Assembly: GCA_000934665.2 (NCBI GenBank)
Contig: KZ538078.1
Span: 62,001 to 126,000 of the forward strand
From: Catajapyx aquilonaris
Taxonomy: Eukaryota
Direction: 5' to 3'
Length of the DNA: 64,000 nt
Positions 1-13,000 of this stretch are shown here, piece by piece. Every line of letters begins with the position of its first letter. Within the stretch, counting starts at the first letter, position 1. The notes under the pieces were generated by a model. That model did not search any database, was not told where the DNA came from, and worked only from the letters and a program-made list of their open reading frames with translations. A program made the translations under genes and the position numbers.

Positions 1-3000
1 ATATTTAACAATCTGCAGAACCTTTCAAATTCCTAGATCGGTATCTCATTTAGCATCAACTTGACTCGAGAGGACGTTAATTTCCTGCCACGCCCTGAAA
101 ATATGCTCGACGACCTCACGTCACATCAGTGTTCCATGATTGCATGAATCAATGATGTGTTTTGACAGCGGAATATTGACGGTTAGCTATGGCGTGCAGA
201 AAGTAAGCTTGAAATGAGAATAGATTGCCAGTCGAGGGAGAAGGAGAGCCAAGAGTCTCCCTGTCGATGACGGATGAGCCCAGACTTGCCCAAATCCTCG
301 GTTGGAAGTTTATCACGGTGTCGGAATTGGGAAGTTTGGCCGGGATGCTGGTTCGGGGAGAAAGGGGGCTTTTCGGTGGGAAGAGATGCCCGACGACGTG
401 CCCGGGCCTAAAAATGAGCCAGCCCCTCCCCTCCTCCCCTGATCTGTGACAGAAAAGTCTCAGCGGAATCTCTGGAACGGGGTTGTTGGCAAAGACCTTA
501 AAAACTAAGATGAGGAGCGCCCCATGTAATTTGAGTGTGAGCCGGTGCGGAGCAGGATCATCAATCAGGTGGTATTTGCATGATCACGTGATTGTAGTGC
601 CGACATCTACTGACTGGGGTTCACACCATAGTCTGTCAGGTCTTTGTGGTTAGGATCCACCAATCAAGTGCGTAACCTCTTGAATCCCCCACATCCTGTT
701 AATTCGTCGTGTGGCTTGGCTGGTGTAACTCCCCAGACAGGTTGTTTGCTTGGAACCCAACCAAACAAGAGGCCGGGTTTAACCACGTGCTTTCCACCAG
801 TTGCCAATTCCAGTGAATCTATGGTCTGGGGAACCATCGTGTATACCTTCACGTGCAGCCCGGAAAAGGGACAAGGGACGCAACTTTACTTGCCGGCTGG
901 CTTTTCAGACTAATTGAAATTCCAGATTGGTGCATGGGCGGCCAGGTTGGAAGCTTAAGCACTGTCCTCGCTCCCCAACCACTACAAACTTCGACTTAGT
1001 AAGTTCAAGTCACGCAGGAAAGGACGCATTCCAAAATATACAGTGCATCCACCGGTCCTCACTTTGTCATGGTGTCAACTTGGAATAGGCCTAGCCCGTT
1101 AAAACCTCTACAATTTGCTCTGGCATGAATGACAGCCAGCACATCATCACGCTCGACAAAAGAAGAGGAACAAAAGTCGGGACTTGGGGCCGTAACATAA
1201 ATTAGCGGAGGTCCCGAGAAAGGGATTTATTTTCCCTTTTTTTAAAGGGGGGGGTGGGGTGGTGGGAAAAAGGAACCTTGACCCCTGCGGGGCCACCCCA
1301 GCAGGCTACCCCGAGAAACGTGAGATCCTCGGGCTGATGGGCAGCGCAATCAGCACGCATTCCGACCAACTTTTCTGCCTCGGAGGTCAAGAAGAGAGAG
1401 CCCCCTCCTCTACACCATCTCCTCCTCCCAGCTCACGACCTGTCGGATTAGGCGCCCTTCACCTTTGTCACGCTCCTTCGAAGAATGCCTTGCCTCTATG
1501 GACCCCACCGGGGATGTAAAGAAGAAGAGGCTGACAGGTGATCAGGGCTAATCCCCGTGGCATTCTTCTCCGGCACACACTGCATACCCGGGCATAACTC
1601 TTTCCGACAGGACACTCGTCAGCTCTCGGGATGGCCGGATCTCGTTTGACTGCTGCCTAGGCCATCAGGTCACTATAATCTAGTATCGGCTTATCTGTGT
1701 GTTCAGCCTTGGCTTGGAGGTTTTTTGTGTATCGCGACGGGTCCTTTTTTTGTGTCGAAAGGTGAAGTCGCAGGTGTACATTCGGGTTGTACAGGTTGAT
1801 GGAAACTAATATCCAGTCGGTAGTATTGGGCAATGTGAACGTGCGGGGTATTCAATTACCTGCTACGTAATAAATAGGCCGGGAATGAACTGGTTTTCCC
1901 ATTGTCTATTTTTTATGTAGAGATTTTTCAGACCAGTGGCTATATTTCGTCCGACCTACAGTTGTGGAAAGGCGAAATGAAACCCGAATTCGTCCGAGCC
2001 CTATAGGTTTGATATAATCCTCTTCATTGTTCCGCTCTCAATTCACACACTCGATGCAAACCGCCCCACACTAACCAGCAATGGGCGTCCCTTTCAAAAC
2101 CCCGCGCGAATTAAATATCACAAACGTAGAGTAACTCATCTGCTGCCTCTAGTGTTTCAGAATTACACGCCCCAGATGCTGTGGATGTCAGCACACCCCC
2201 AGTGCATGCTACGTAAATTAACCTGGTTATGGCAAGGGGAACAGAGTAACAAACATTAGGTCCCCTGGAACGCCGGCCAACAATGTGGCAATGTTGGGAG
2301 CTGTCGGTTCATGTAGGGGACAAGGTCTCCGTACGAGTGGCATTAAAGCCTAATTACACCCCGACTCAGCTGCGTCGTTCATAACTCAGTCACTTTGTGA
2401 CATGACATTGGTGAGAGTCAACTGGAAACAATTTAATCAAGGTAATCACAATGCTGGTGTTTATTAACTGCGGCTTCCATCATACGTGGTGGTGGGAGGA
2501 AACAAAGGCCGGTGATCAACACATGTACGGCCCTGATCAATATAAGGCGGCTGAGTAGCAGCAATTCCAATTATTAACATCCTATCAGGCGGACACACAA
2601 TTGGTGCCTTTCATCATGTATCCATAACTCGGATGCAGGCCGCGTTTGGTGGGCTTTTTCGACAAATTAATGCTCGTCGCCTCAATTCAGCGGCCTGCAG
2701 ATGACCATCGTTGTCGGCCTTTTGTTTTTAGCTTCCGGCCCCAGCCACCCAAAGAGTCAGTAGAGCGATGCAAAATTCGCGCCCCTCTGCCTGCATCCTG
2801 CTTTTGCCCTACATATCTCCCCATTACACTACTACTCTCTTTTCAGCCCACTCTGCAATCATGTTGTGTTATCCAGCTGGGGGGAAATAAGGGAAACCAA
2901 CAATTGCCCACAGATTCTCCCTATAGCCCTCGGGAGTCTAGAACCAACGCAGTATAGGAGACACCAGGAAAAAGATCCTATCCTCATTTCCTCATGGACG

Positions 3001-6000
3001 TCGGAGCCAGGCCCGTCGGCCAGAGAGCCTACAGAAAAGACTTGTGCCGGATGTAATCAGTCCCATTTCCTCCTGTTTCTGGCCCGGAGAAGCCCAGGCA
3101 CGTCTTCGTCCAACATGGCTTCCAGCTTCCGTGTCCCAACCAAAAGCCTCTCAAAAGACCCAAATCGCCTAAGGGCCGCCTTCGTTATTTCAGCTTTGTT
3201 CGATCATTGTAGCATCGGACGGTATATCAACAAACGAAATCGTACGCTTTTGTCACATCCTACTGCACTCATGTGATGATGATGATGCTATATACATTAC
3301 TTTCCGTCTGGACGCACCATCCTGCCCAGAAATGAACATATAAAAATCCACGCCACTTATCTCGCTCCCAAATCTTTCCCAAGTATGTGAGCTCATCTCC
3401 AACCTCAAACGTATGGTACTTTCATCCTCATGCAGCTGAATATGACAGCAAATTCAGTTACCACAGAATGCGGGTCCGGTATTGGTGCTGCCAGCCAGCT
3501 CTAGTCCTATATACTCAAAATGGAGAGAAAAAAAAATACCGGTCACCTGGTCACCGCTAGCCCGTTTTTTAGTAACCCTCAGCCACATGTTTTTATGGAA
3601 TCATCCGACCGTGAGGCTGTAGTTTTTAGCATGTTTCATCGCCCATCCCAACGTATAATCTGCGGCCCAAAAGTTGCTGGGCAGGGTAGTGAGAGAGCAT
3701 TCCTGTCACTCAGGAAGAGAGTAGGTTGTGTGGTATGGGAGAATGGTTATTATGGACGACAACGACCTCCTGCAGGATAAGATCCTGCCCGGATCCCACC
3801 AACTACCAATGAACTCATCTGCTCTTAAAGGTGGAGAGAAAAGATGTCTTGGTTGTTTTTTTTTTTGTTACTGCCTGCACACGAAAAGTCAGTTAACCCT
3901 CATTTTCACGACGTGAAGACTTGGACCCTGTCATTTTCTCGGAAGATGACCTCATGACTAGACCATCTAACACCCACGTGACTGGAAGAGTACACCGTAC
4001 CGTACTTCGGGTGAGCACTTTGCAGCTCTCCATGACTATTACTTTTCTACCGCATGACTTACGAGCGAATCATCTGTACAGCGTGTTAATGGTTTGGAGT
4101 TAGATGCACCTGCAGCTGTTCAAGTTCTTTGTGCCTTCTGTACCGATGGACTATAAATGACTATAATGCGTTTAAATGTGAGACATTGGAAAAATTGTAA
4201 TCCTATAGTTTGAAAATATCCGGACCATACCCAGAATGGGCAATATCAATTACAGATGACACGCATTTCTAATCTTTTCAATAGTTTACACTGAATGATG
4301 AAACACTTCTAATAGGCCCGACTGCAGTAAGAGGAAAATTGAAAATGCATTGGGTACAACAATGAAATTTTCAATTTCCTCGTCGATTTTCCCACTGGCA
4401 GAATAATGTTTCCTGGCGGACCTTTGTTGAAAACAGTGGTAATGAGAATCTGCTTACATCAGTTTTGTAGTCACATTCTAGAAAAAAATGTTTATAAATA
4501 TTCACGCTTTTTTTGCTCCACCTGTACCGTTTTCAATTTAATTTGACACATTGTTCGTCATTTCCGAAGACAAGCTATTAATGACCGCATTACACCAAAC
4601 CATTTACGTGATGTTTAGAGCATATGTCACGACTCTATAATCCAGCCCACAACGATGACTGCGGCTCAATTATGAATCCAAATTTAGACATTAATTAGCA
4701 ACATCAATCAAACTTTGAAGTGAGGTTATATACACGTCATCCTTTTACTCAAACCTAAACTTGTCTCGCCAGAGAATATTAAGTTGCAATCATGTAAAAT
4801 GCCATGTAAACTCACGTGGTAGGTCTCGTACGTTATGGCTTAGAAAAACAACCCTCCAGTCAACATCTACAAGATATGAATAATGTCTATAAACAGTCTG
4901 TGTAAAGGTTTCACACTTTTGTGTACACACAGCCCCGTTCTCCTAGCAGCATAATGGTATTAGTCTCTAACAAGCCGCCAAGTCCATGTCCGGAATTATA
5001 ATTTGCACCTTTTCCCTTCGTATAGCATCCCTTTGAAAATGCTTGGACAGAAAAGATCTTGGTCGCGATTTATGCCCATTTTACATCCCTGTTTGTTAGC
5101 GTGCGTGCCGGTCTGTATAGGCCCACATCGTAAAAACCAGTTTTGGAGTTTTCCTCCTAGCCAAAATTCCACTAAAATCCACCCTATATATGCAGTCCCA
5201 GCATATGGGCCAATACATTTAGGTTCTTCCTCTCCACTTCTGTCACATCCGACAGTTGGACAAGTGTCCCCAAAGTGATGGAGACGGATTTGGAATAACG
5301 GTGCGCGGCATCGGACTGAAAAGCCCTTTTCCCATTCCACTCGTCGTCCACCTTCCTCCCATCGTCCAACACAAAATGTCATATTCGTTTAGAGGCCTGT
5401 GTCATCCCGCTCAAACTTGCCAGCGGTTAATGGACAACCCCACTTTCACATGATCATGTGTCTCCCATTCATTTAGCATATGTACAACAAAAAAAAGGTG
5501 TGCGAAAATGCCAATATGTGTGGGTGAGATCACATGTAGCTTGTAGCTAAATATTAACCGGCTGTATTCCCCTAGAAGAGCTATTAATTTTTAAAAATGA
5601 TCACTACCGTATCAGTCAAAATCTCGCGGACCATTTCAATCCGCTTCAAAAAAAAAAAAAATCCCACCGATACGGATTATATATTTAGCAAATGCTTTGA
5701 TGATTGAGGTTTTAATTGAGCCGTGACAGCATCGAAACACAATATAATTGCTGTCGGCCCGTGAGAAAACTGCCAGAATTGGGGATTGGTAGCATCGGCG
5801 TCAGTGGGCGAAAAATTCCCCAGCGTCCGGGGGAATGAAATGAAGCGTTGCTTCCTGGATGTGGCAGCGGCTGAACCTACCCGACCGCCATGCAGACAAA
5901 CCGCCATCATCATAATCAGAAAAAATGACACTGCAAAGTCAGGATTTGGAGATGGGTGGGTTTTGAAGCGGGTTGGGGGGGGGGGGGGAAACCAGAGGGT

Positions 6001-6779
6001 GACATTTTCCCTCGCACAGGTCTGCACAAATCGCATTCACTTCAAAACAGTCTGCATGCCCGTACTCGGCTGGACCGGAAAAACTAGGCCTCTCTCTAGT
6101 GGAAATGATTGCAAAAATGCTCGCCCAGGATGCTCTACAAAAAAAAGAGTCCTTTATGCGTGTGCATCATCCCGTCTGACCTTACAGTGCACCCGTGTCA
6201 TTGACTCAAGTTGCGTGTCTCCCCAGCGTTGGTACCATTATTTTTCCCTGGGCATGACGGCTTTTTATGCCAGAAAGTGTGCTTCACTTTTTCGGCGGAG
6301 TGTACATTACCGCGCCATTTCCGCCGACTGTTGACTAAAGGTCAGGCTGACAAAGCAATAATCACTCTCGAGCCCCCCAATCCGCAAATGCCAGGTAAAA
6401 TATTGTCTTTTTTTACTAGTCAGATTAGCAGGGTTGCTGGCAAAAAAATACCTTCCGGCAGTGAAACTGATGAGACGGTTTACACGTTAAATAAACACAT
6501 TGTGTACCGGTACGCCCCTTGACAAAAATTTGTCACGTGTCTCCCACAAATATGAGTTGTTTGTAGCTGCACCAACCGACTTCTCTCTCTCTCTCTACTT
6601 GCCGAATTTTCCTTTTTCAACTTGTCGACGTCAATAACCAAGCCACAAATTTGATTTCACCTCTGGTGAGAAGAGACCAGGCCAATCATGTTCACTTCAA
6701 TGAAGCTAATTTAACGCACAGATCTCATAACTCACTCTCTCGGTAACAATAATTGGGCCAGCAGCTTCCACCAAGAAAT

Positions 6780-7020
6780 GGGCGCCATATTGAACAAATG
6801 ACGTCATCCGTCAAGATGGCGGCATCAGGATGAAACTTATTTCCGGGAAACGCCCAGTGTTGATGTGGCTGGTATTGTTTAGTTGTTGGCAGTCGAAATG
6901 CAAGCCCACATATTGACATGGACGGCGTCAATCAGACATCAAGCCCAGCCGCCGCCAATAAACACAAGCGCGGAAGGATATATAAAACGGCAAGTTTCGG
7001 AGCACGTGACTCAGAAAACG
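6780..7020 (+). promoter_or_regulatory. Candidate promoter/enhancer motif cluster
   Basis: CRE TGACGTCA 6799-6806, YY1/Pho-type CAAGATGGCGGC 6812-6823, TATATAAAA 6979-6987, E-box CACGTGAC 7003-7010, and TCAG ~30 bp after TATA. Motif matches only. Confidence 0.25.
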
Positions 7021-10000
7021 GGACGTTTCCCCACTTGATTACGACCCGCAGGAAGATACTTGCTTGCCTATCTCTGCTCCACTTATTCCGCTTTTATGAG
7101 CCCGCCAACACTGCGCCTAACCAAACTATCTTTTTACAGCCTGTACCAAGAGGCAATCAACTTTTCAATAAGGGGTACGACGCCCCTCCTGGTTTAAATT
7201 ATCCGAATTTCCTGAGTACATACAGGCAGACGTCGTAGGCGTCAATGGAGGGTGAGAGTACTGGAGAAAAATGGTGACTGTAATATTAGGTTGTTTCCAG
7301 AAGAGAAAAATTTCAAATTCAAAATACCCTAGTTGGCCGCTTCGGCTTGAATTATCGGATACGAGTGGTAGGGACAAGTAGAGTTAAACCTCGTTTATTT
7401 CCATCCTACAGTCAACATGTACCGGTAGGCCGTCAGGGTGATGTACAGTAAATCATAACACTATGCTTCAAAGTAAATATTGTCTGACACTAGGTATCTA
7501 AACTTTTCCCAAACGTATACTGTAGCCTTTTCATTCCTGGCAGCAGTGTATGTAAAATAGTCAAAGCACGCTTATGTGATCACACTAAAAGTGGCAGGGC
7601 ATTTTATTATTTCCCTCTCGTGTCACTGGAATTATTGACAAACTTTCCAACAGCGTAAACAATATTGGTGTTCATCAAATATCATAGTTTGTCTATCTTC
7701 ATGCACGGTGCTACAAGCAGCTTTTCATGTAAATCACGTGACACAGTGTTTGCCTGAATGGCGCAAACAATATCACGCCACATGCCGCCATTGGCCTCGA
7801 CAATAACACTTCGCATCAGCCGAGTCCGTCTCATTGCTTCCCAATAGGCATGCCAGAATGCGATTGGTGCAAGGAAACAGGCGCTAATTCCGTCGTTACC
7901 TTTCGGCATCAGCAGCCTGCTCCTTGATTAGTGGCTTCCCCATCCAACGCATTTAGCCTAGTGCCATCTTCCCCCCTGCCACTTAGACGCGAATCAAGCT
8001 CAGCTACAAATTGATCTAAGCAGCTCGCCTTTTCCCTTTATGACTGGCATTTGCTTTGCATGGCTGCTGCTGGGACACTTGCCTTTGGCAGACACCACCA
8101 CTGCCACCCGCCCAAATTGGGGAGTCTAGTGGCATCGTAAAGCTCCTCCACTTTCTTCAGACCCTGAAAATGGCCCGACCTCAACCCTCACCCGAATGCT
8201 GCTTTGCCTGCAGGTGCTCCTCTCATCTGCAACTCTGACCAAGGTTCATTAAACCTGCTTGCTGCCAACCTACATGCAAAATGCATGCCTAACAAGGCTA
8301 CAATTCCACCGTTTTGTCCTCGGATATAGCGCTCTACATGTGTCGGGGTATGGCAATACAGCCTTGATTATCAGGTTGGCTTGTCCACTCACGGGTCACT
8401 TCATCCAATCTTCCTCCCCGTTCATTAACTCGACGGAAATGGGAGCATTTTGTCAAGTGGTATTCATTACTGCAAGAAGTCTATTACAGCATGTGACGGG
8501 CCTTCGCTCTCAAAGGGACGGAATATGACAAGTCTTTTTTTTTTGGAGTGGCCGATTCACAAAGAGAGATTGGCTAATGAGAGGCTGAAGCATCATGATA
8601 TAACATTCATTTCCTTCAGGGACTTCGTTACGAGCTTGCTTTGGGATACGCAGCTTCCTTTTTTTTGATCCACTTTTACTAATGAAACTTTCCATTTGGA
8701 TATCAATTTCTAACGGCGACAAATCGAAAAAGATCTGGCGATATTGCATTCCATTGTCATCGTCGCCATTTGATGCAGCATCAAGAAAAGGCTCCAGAAG
8801 AGGGGGGCCATTTTAATACACTTTCGGCGCCGAATTACAGAATTTCATAAAAATTCCATTAAGGAGGATGAAAGGAGATCCGGAAGTCCTGCAGGGCCCG
8901 GATGAAAAGGAAGCCGCACACAAGGCGACGAAGCCCAGGAAAAATTGTTCCCCTCACCTTCTGGGATCCCCCCCCTTTTTTTCTCCTCCTCCGACCCCTT
9001 CCTTGAAGTATAAATTGGTTCTTCAACTAACCCAAGTTCGCTGGACTGACGAGTACCTTCCAATTTGCAAGCTTTCATAATCCCCGCCAGGAATGCTTAA
9101 TTAAATTAAAGGCGAACGCCTTTTTCCATTACATCATTCACTCTATCCCACCGCACATTTTTGAAGATATGCACACCAATAAATATTCCCCCCAAAAAAT
9201 TTCTTTGTTTTGATGTCAGGTATTCTGAAATTCCACGAATTGCTAGCTTCTTTTCCCCCCTTCCAGACTTGAAAGAACAGTCTTGGAGAGAGAGAAAAAA
9301 AATGCCTGGCAAGACTAGAGTGTGTATCCCCCACTCGAATCTTGGTCTGCAGCTCAGATTCGACAATTCCGCAAACTCCAGGAGCGTCTGGCACAAAGGA
9401 CGGCTGGCAATCGGAGCAAATGGCGAGGCGAGAGAGAAACAGTGGCAAAAGCGCCTCATCCGACCCAAGCTTCCTACCCACCCAGGACCGGCCCTTTTGT
9501 ACACGATTGCTATTTACGTCTCCGTCCTAGAAGCCAAATCTAGCTTGATGAGGCACCGTATCAGGCCTCAGATGTACATGTTTGGTGGTATTCTGTGTTC
9601 ATGTACCAAGATATGACAGTTTGAAGATAAAACTGCACACTTTCAACCACTGAATTAAACAGCCTTAATTCATCCAAAAATGAATCATACACATCTGCTC
9701 CAGCAACCTCATTCCTCAGTTGCACCTGTGCCTGCTGCCGCACACATTTTTCTCATTCATGTATATGTACCGCATGTCCAGGCACGTATGCTGCGTGCGA
9801 TATGATTTAGCACTCTGGCCGTATAGTAAAAGGCATGTTGTTTCCACAGGTTGCCTTTGATATGAAATCTGTCTCTGCACCAGCGACCCTGTCCCCCCAT
9901 CAGAGCCCGGCACTTGGTGAGGGGGAAATCCTGGTTGGGGTCGTCATCAACCCCCCCTATAATGGAGGGTGGAGGCTCTGGTTCCGCTCTGCTCCCTTCT

Positions 10001-13000
10001 CGATGACCTCCGACCCTTTTTTTGTGCATGGCTACCCTGACTGGCCTTGGAGACGCAAAAGTGTTCCGGAGCGCCTTGAGCTTGCGACCCTCTAGGGTCC
10101 AACTTCCTTTACTTTTTTTTTATCCGGGGTCTTTCTATACGGCAGCTTTGGGGCTTGTTGCGATGCCCACTCCGCTTCCCTAATCGCAACCGCTGATTTC
10201 TTCTAACATCGATCGGTAGAAACTCGCAACTAGGGAACGTCCATAAGTTAACGCTCGTTGCACACCAGGGGTTGGGTTGGTTACATACAAATCGTCGTTC
10301 GTCACCTCGTTTGGTCCAATTCAAGCTGGGAATATTTCGAGAAGGTCATAGCTTGAGTCTCAGGAGGGTGCGTTACATGGGTTCTAAATTGCCAAAAACT
10401 GGGCTTAGAAAATTTATGGATGGTCCCCTCCAAACCACGGGTGCAACGACAAATTACAATAAGTTGGTTCTCAGCAATGAGAACGAACGTGCAGTGCGCA
10501 TTTCCCTTTCGAAAATTTTCCCAAAGGACACACTGCAGATATGCTGTAAAGTCGGGAAAAAAAAATTTGGTTGGGGGTAGGCGAAGAGTGGTGTTGTTAA
10601 TTTCAAATATGAACCCGCTAATTCCCCCGGGTAATGCCAGAAATTTGTTCGGGGTAGGGGGGATTGGATTTTTTTTTGAACCGTGTCTCGGGGTTTTCGA
10701 TGGAGCCCTGGGCCTAATAACATGTGCTGGGAACTGTACAGTATTGGTGAGGGTACGTACAGCAACGATGGATTTACAACCAACGATACCCCTATACATG
10801 AGCGGCACAAAGTTGTTAATAGTACTTAATAGTTTATCCCCGGTCCCCATGAACGGCGTCACGGGAAATACGAGCCTGGTCTAAGTTAATTACACAATTC
10901 AGCAGGAGGCCAGATTGACAAATATTCAGGCCAGCCATTTTCTCGCGGAAAATGTGATTGCGTGTATGTTCCCCGCACTTTCCAAAACGGCATATCAGGA
11001 TTAGGAAAACTGGGCGAGAAAGCAATTTGCTTCCTTTACCCCGCATAACGGGCAAGCAAATCTCACGTGGCCGGTGAAAAATGGCCCGCAGGCTGCAGAA
11101 TTGGCAGCTTTATCTCCACGGACGAGAGAGGGTGGGATGGGAAGAGTGAAAAATTAATTGACAGAACTGGAAGAAGTATAACCGCAGACAAATCACAGGG
11201 GGAATAGAAAAAAAGTGCTACTTTGGTTGTGAAAAAAGGAACGGTTATTTGACCGTAGTTGAGGATTACAAGGCGGATAACTTGTGTGTCGTTGTGACGA
11301 AACGGGCTGATGAAGCTCATTTGGTTCTCAGACCTGATTTGGAAGCAAATTTCAGTCAAGGAGTGAGTAGGAGAGCAAATTTTCATAGATCCTCCTAGTC
11401 CCGTAACCATGTTCTCTTTTTTTATCCTCCATCTTCCTCCTACCGTGAATTTGTGGTTTAGGTTTAGTCTGGGGCTCCGGAAAAGCGGTGCGGAACAGGA
11501 AGAAATATGGCCAACCACTCAACTCTCATCGGAGTAACTAATCGCTAGTTCGTGCCCAGTCTCCTGCGACCTTACCTCCTAACCCTCAGAGCAGACGAAG
11601 CCTAACGTAATATAAAAGGCTAATTTACTTGCTGGCTGAAGAAAAGCTGCTTAGTCACAAGCCTTGCCTAGAACAAGGAACCCTCACATTCCTTTTTCGC
11701 CTGGTTCCCTTTTTTTTGGACGACGCGACTGGGATGACTGAGCTCTGAGCACAAAAGGTTACTTATACTGTATATGGGTCTGAATGCACCTTTGACCCCG
11801 TTTCTAGGTCAGTTTATTTTCACAGGCCTGGGTTTACATTACCTGCTTCTCCGGATGTTTACATTCGAGCTGTGAGGTGCTGGTCAACTACCAGCCGGTC
11901 GTAATGGTCATTTAGATAAGCCGGGTTTCTGTAACTGCTGAACGTGACTTGTGGTATCGCGATGCCCTGCGGATGACTGCAGCGCGCTAGTTGTCGAAAA
12001 CGCTAAGAAGCCGGCTAACCAGAAGTATCAGGCTGATTTGCAAGCGTTGCCTGCGCAAAGTCAACAAAATAATGAAAGCAATCTAGGACCCAACATGCAT
12101 GGGGGAACAATGACAAATCCGGACAAATACGGCACATCAGGGCACGTGCCGGATTGGCACACACTGGCTTCATGTTTGACGCATGCAGGCATCAATACAA
12201 GCTATCGCTCAAGTGGACTAATAACGAGTACACCTATCTCTCGACCCAGGCCTCCCCCCAAAAAACGAGCAATGAAACAGACACTTGATAAACGTAGGTA
12301 ATAACCGTCAATGGCAATACTCCCAAGTTACGATACTCATCCCTTGCAATAATCCGATGTCAACGGCTACGACTATACTGGCACACACTGGCACAACTTA
12401 CACCCAGCATGGGAAAGTGAGGAGGGGGGATTAACGAGGTGCTGGTGTGGATGATAACGCCTGGCCCTGTATGTCTCCCCCTCACTTGGTTAAGCTGCCA
12501 TGGGAACCATGTCTGACCATTCTACATACTCACATACACCAGAGTTGTAGGTTGTATCTGGTAAATGATGCAAAACCATGCTGCTCACCTGTGAATTGAA
12601 AAAAAGGGAGAAAAATATTATTAGGGCAGTTCCTAGCGTTTATATGGTATTATCCAAAACTGCGGTTCGCACAATTACCAGCATTCCAGTCGTGACAAAA
12701 AACCAGTTCAGGCACGAGCTCCAGATTTCATTTTTTGACCGGCCAAACCACTTTAGCATACGGAAGCGGGATAATGGACCATTCATAGGGCGCTGAATAA
12801 ATTGCGACGCTGGAGAAAAAATAAAGCTCAGCACACAGTCCGGAAACACGACTTTAAGTTAAATTCCCTGTCAAACGCACTCAGGGACACAAGTGGATTA
12901 ATGCAGGCAGCTGTAAGTTGCAGAAGGAGCAAGAATAATGGTCGTAGTCTGAGAGAAATGTAACTAACTCGCTCCGCACAATCCTCGCTGATTTAGTTTG

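Noticed and set aside
10272..10884. Overlapping 100-186 aa ORFs on both strands
   Set aside because: No recognisable motifs, homopolymer-derived residues, consistent with chance.
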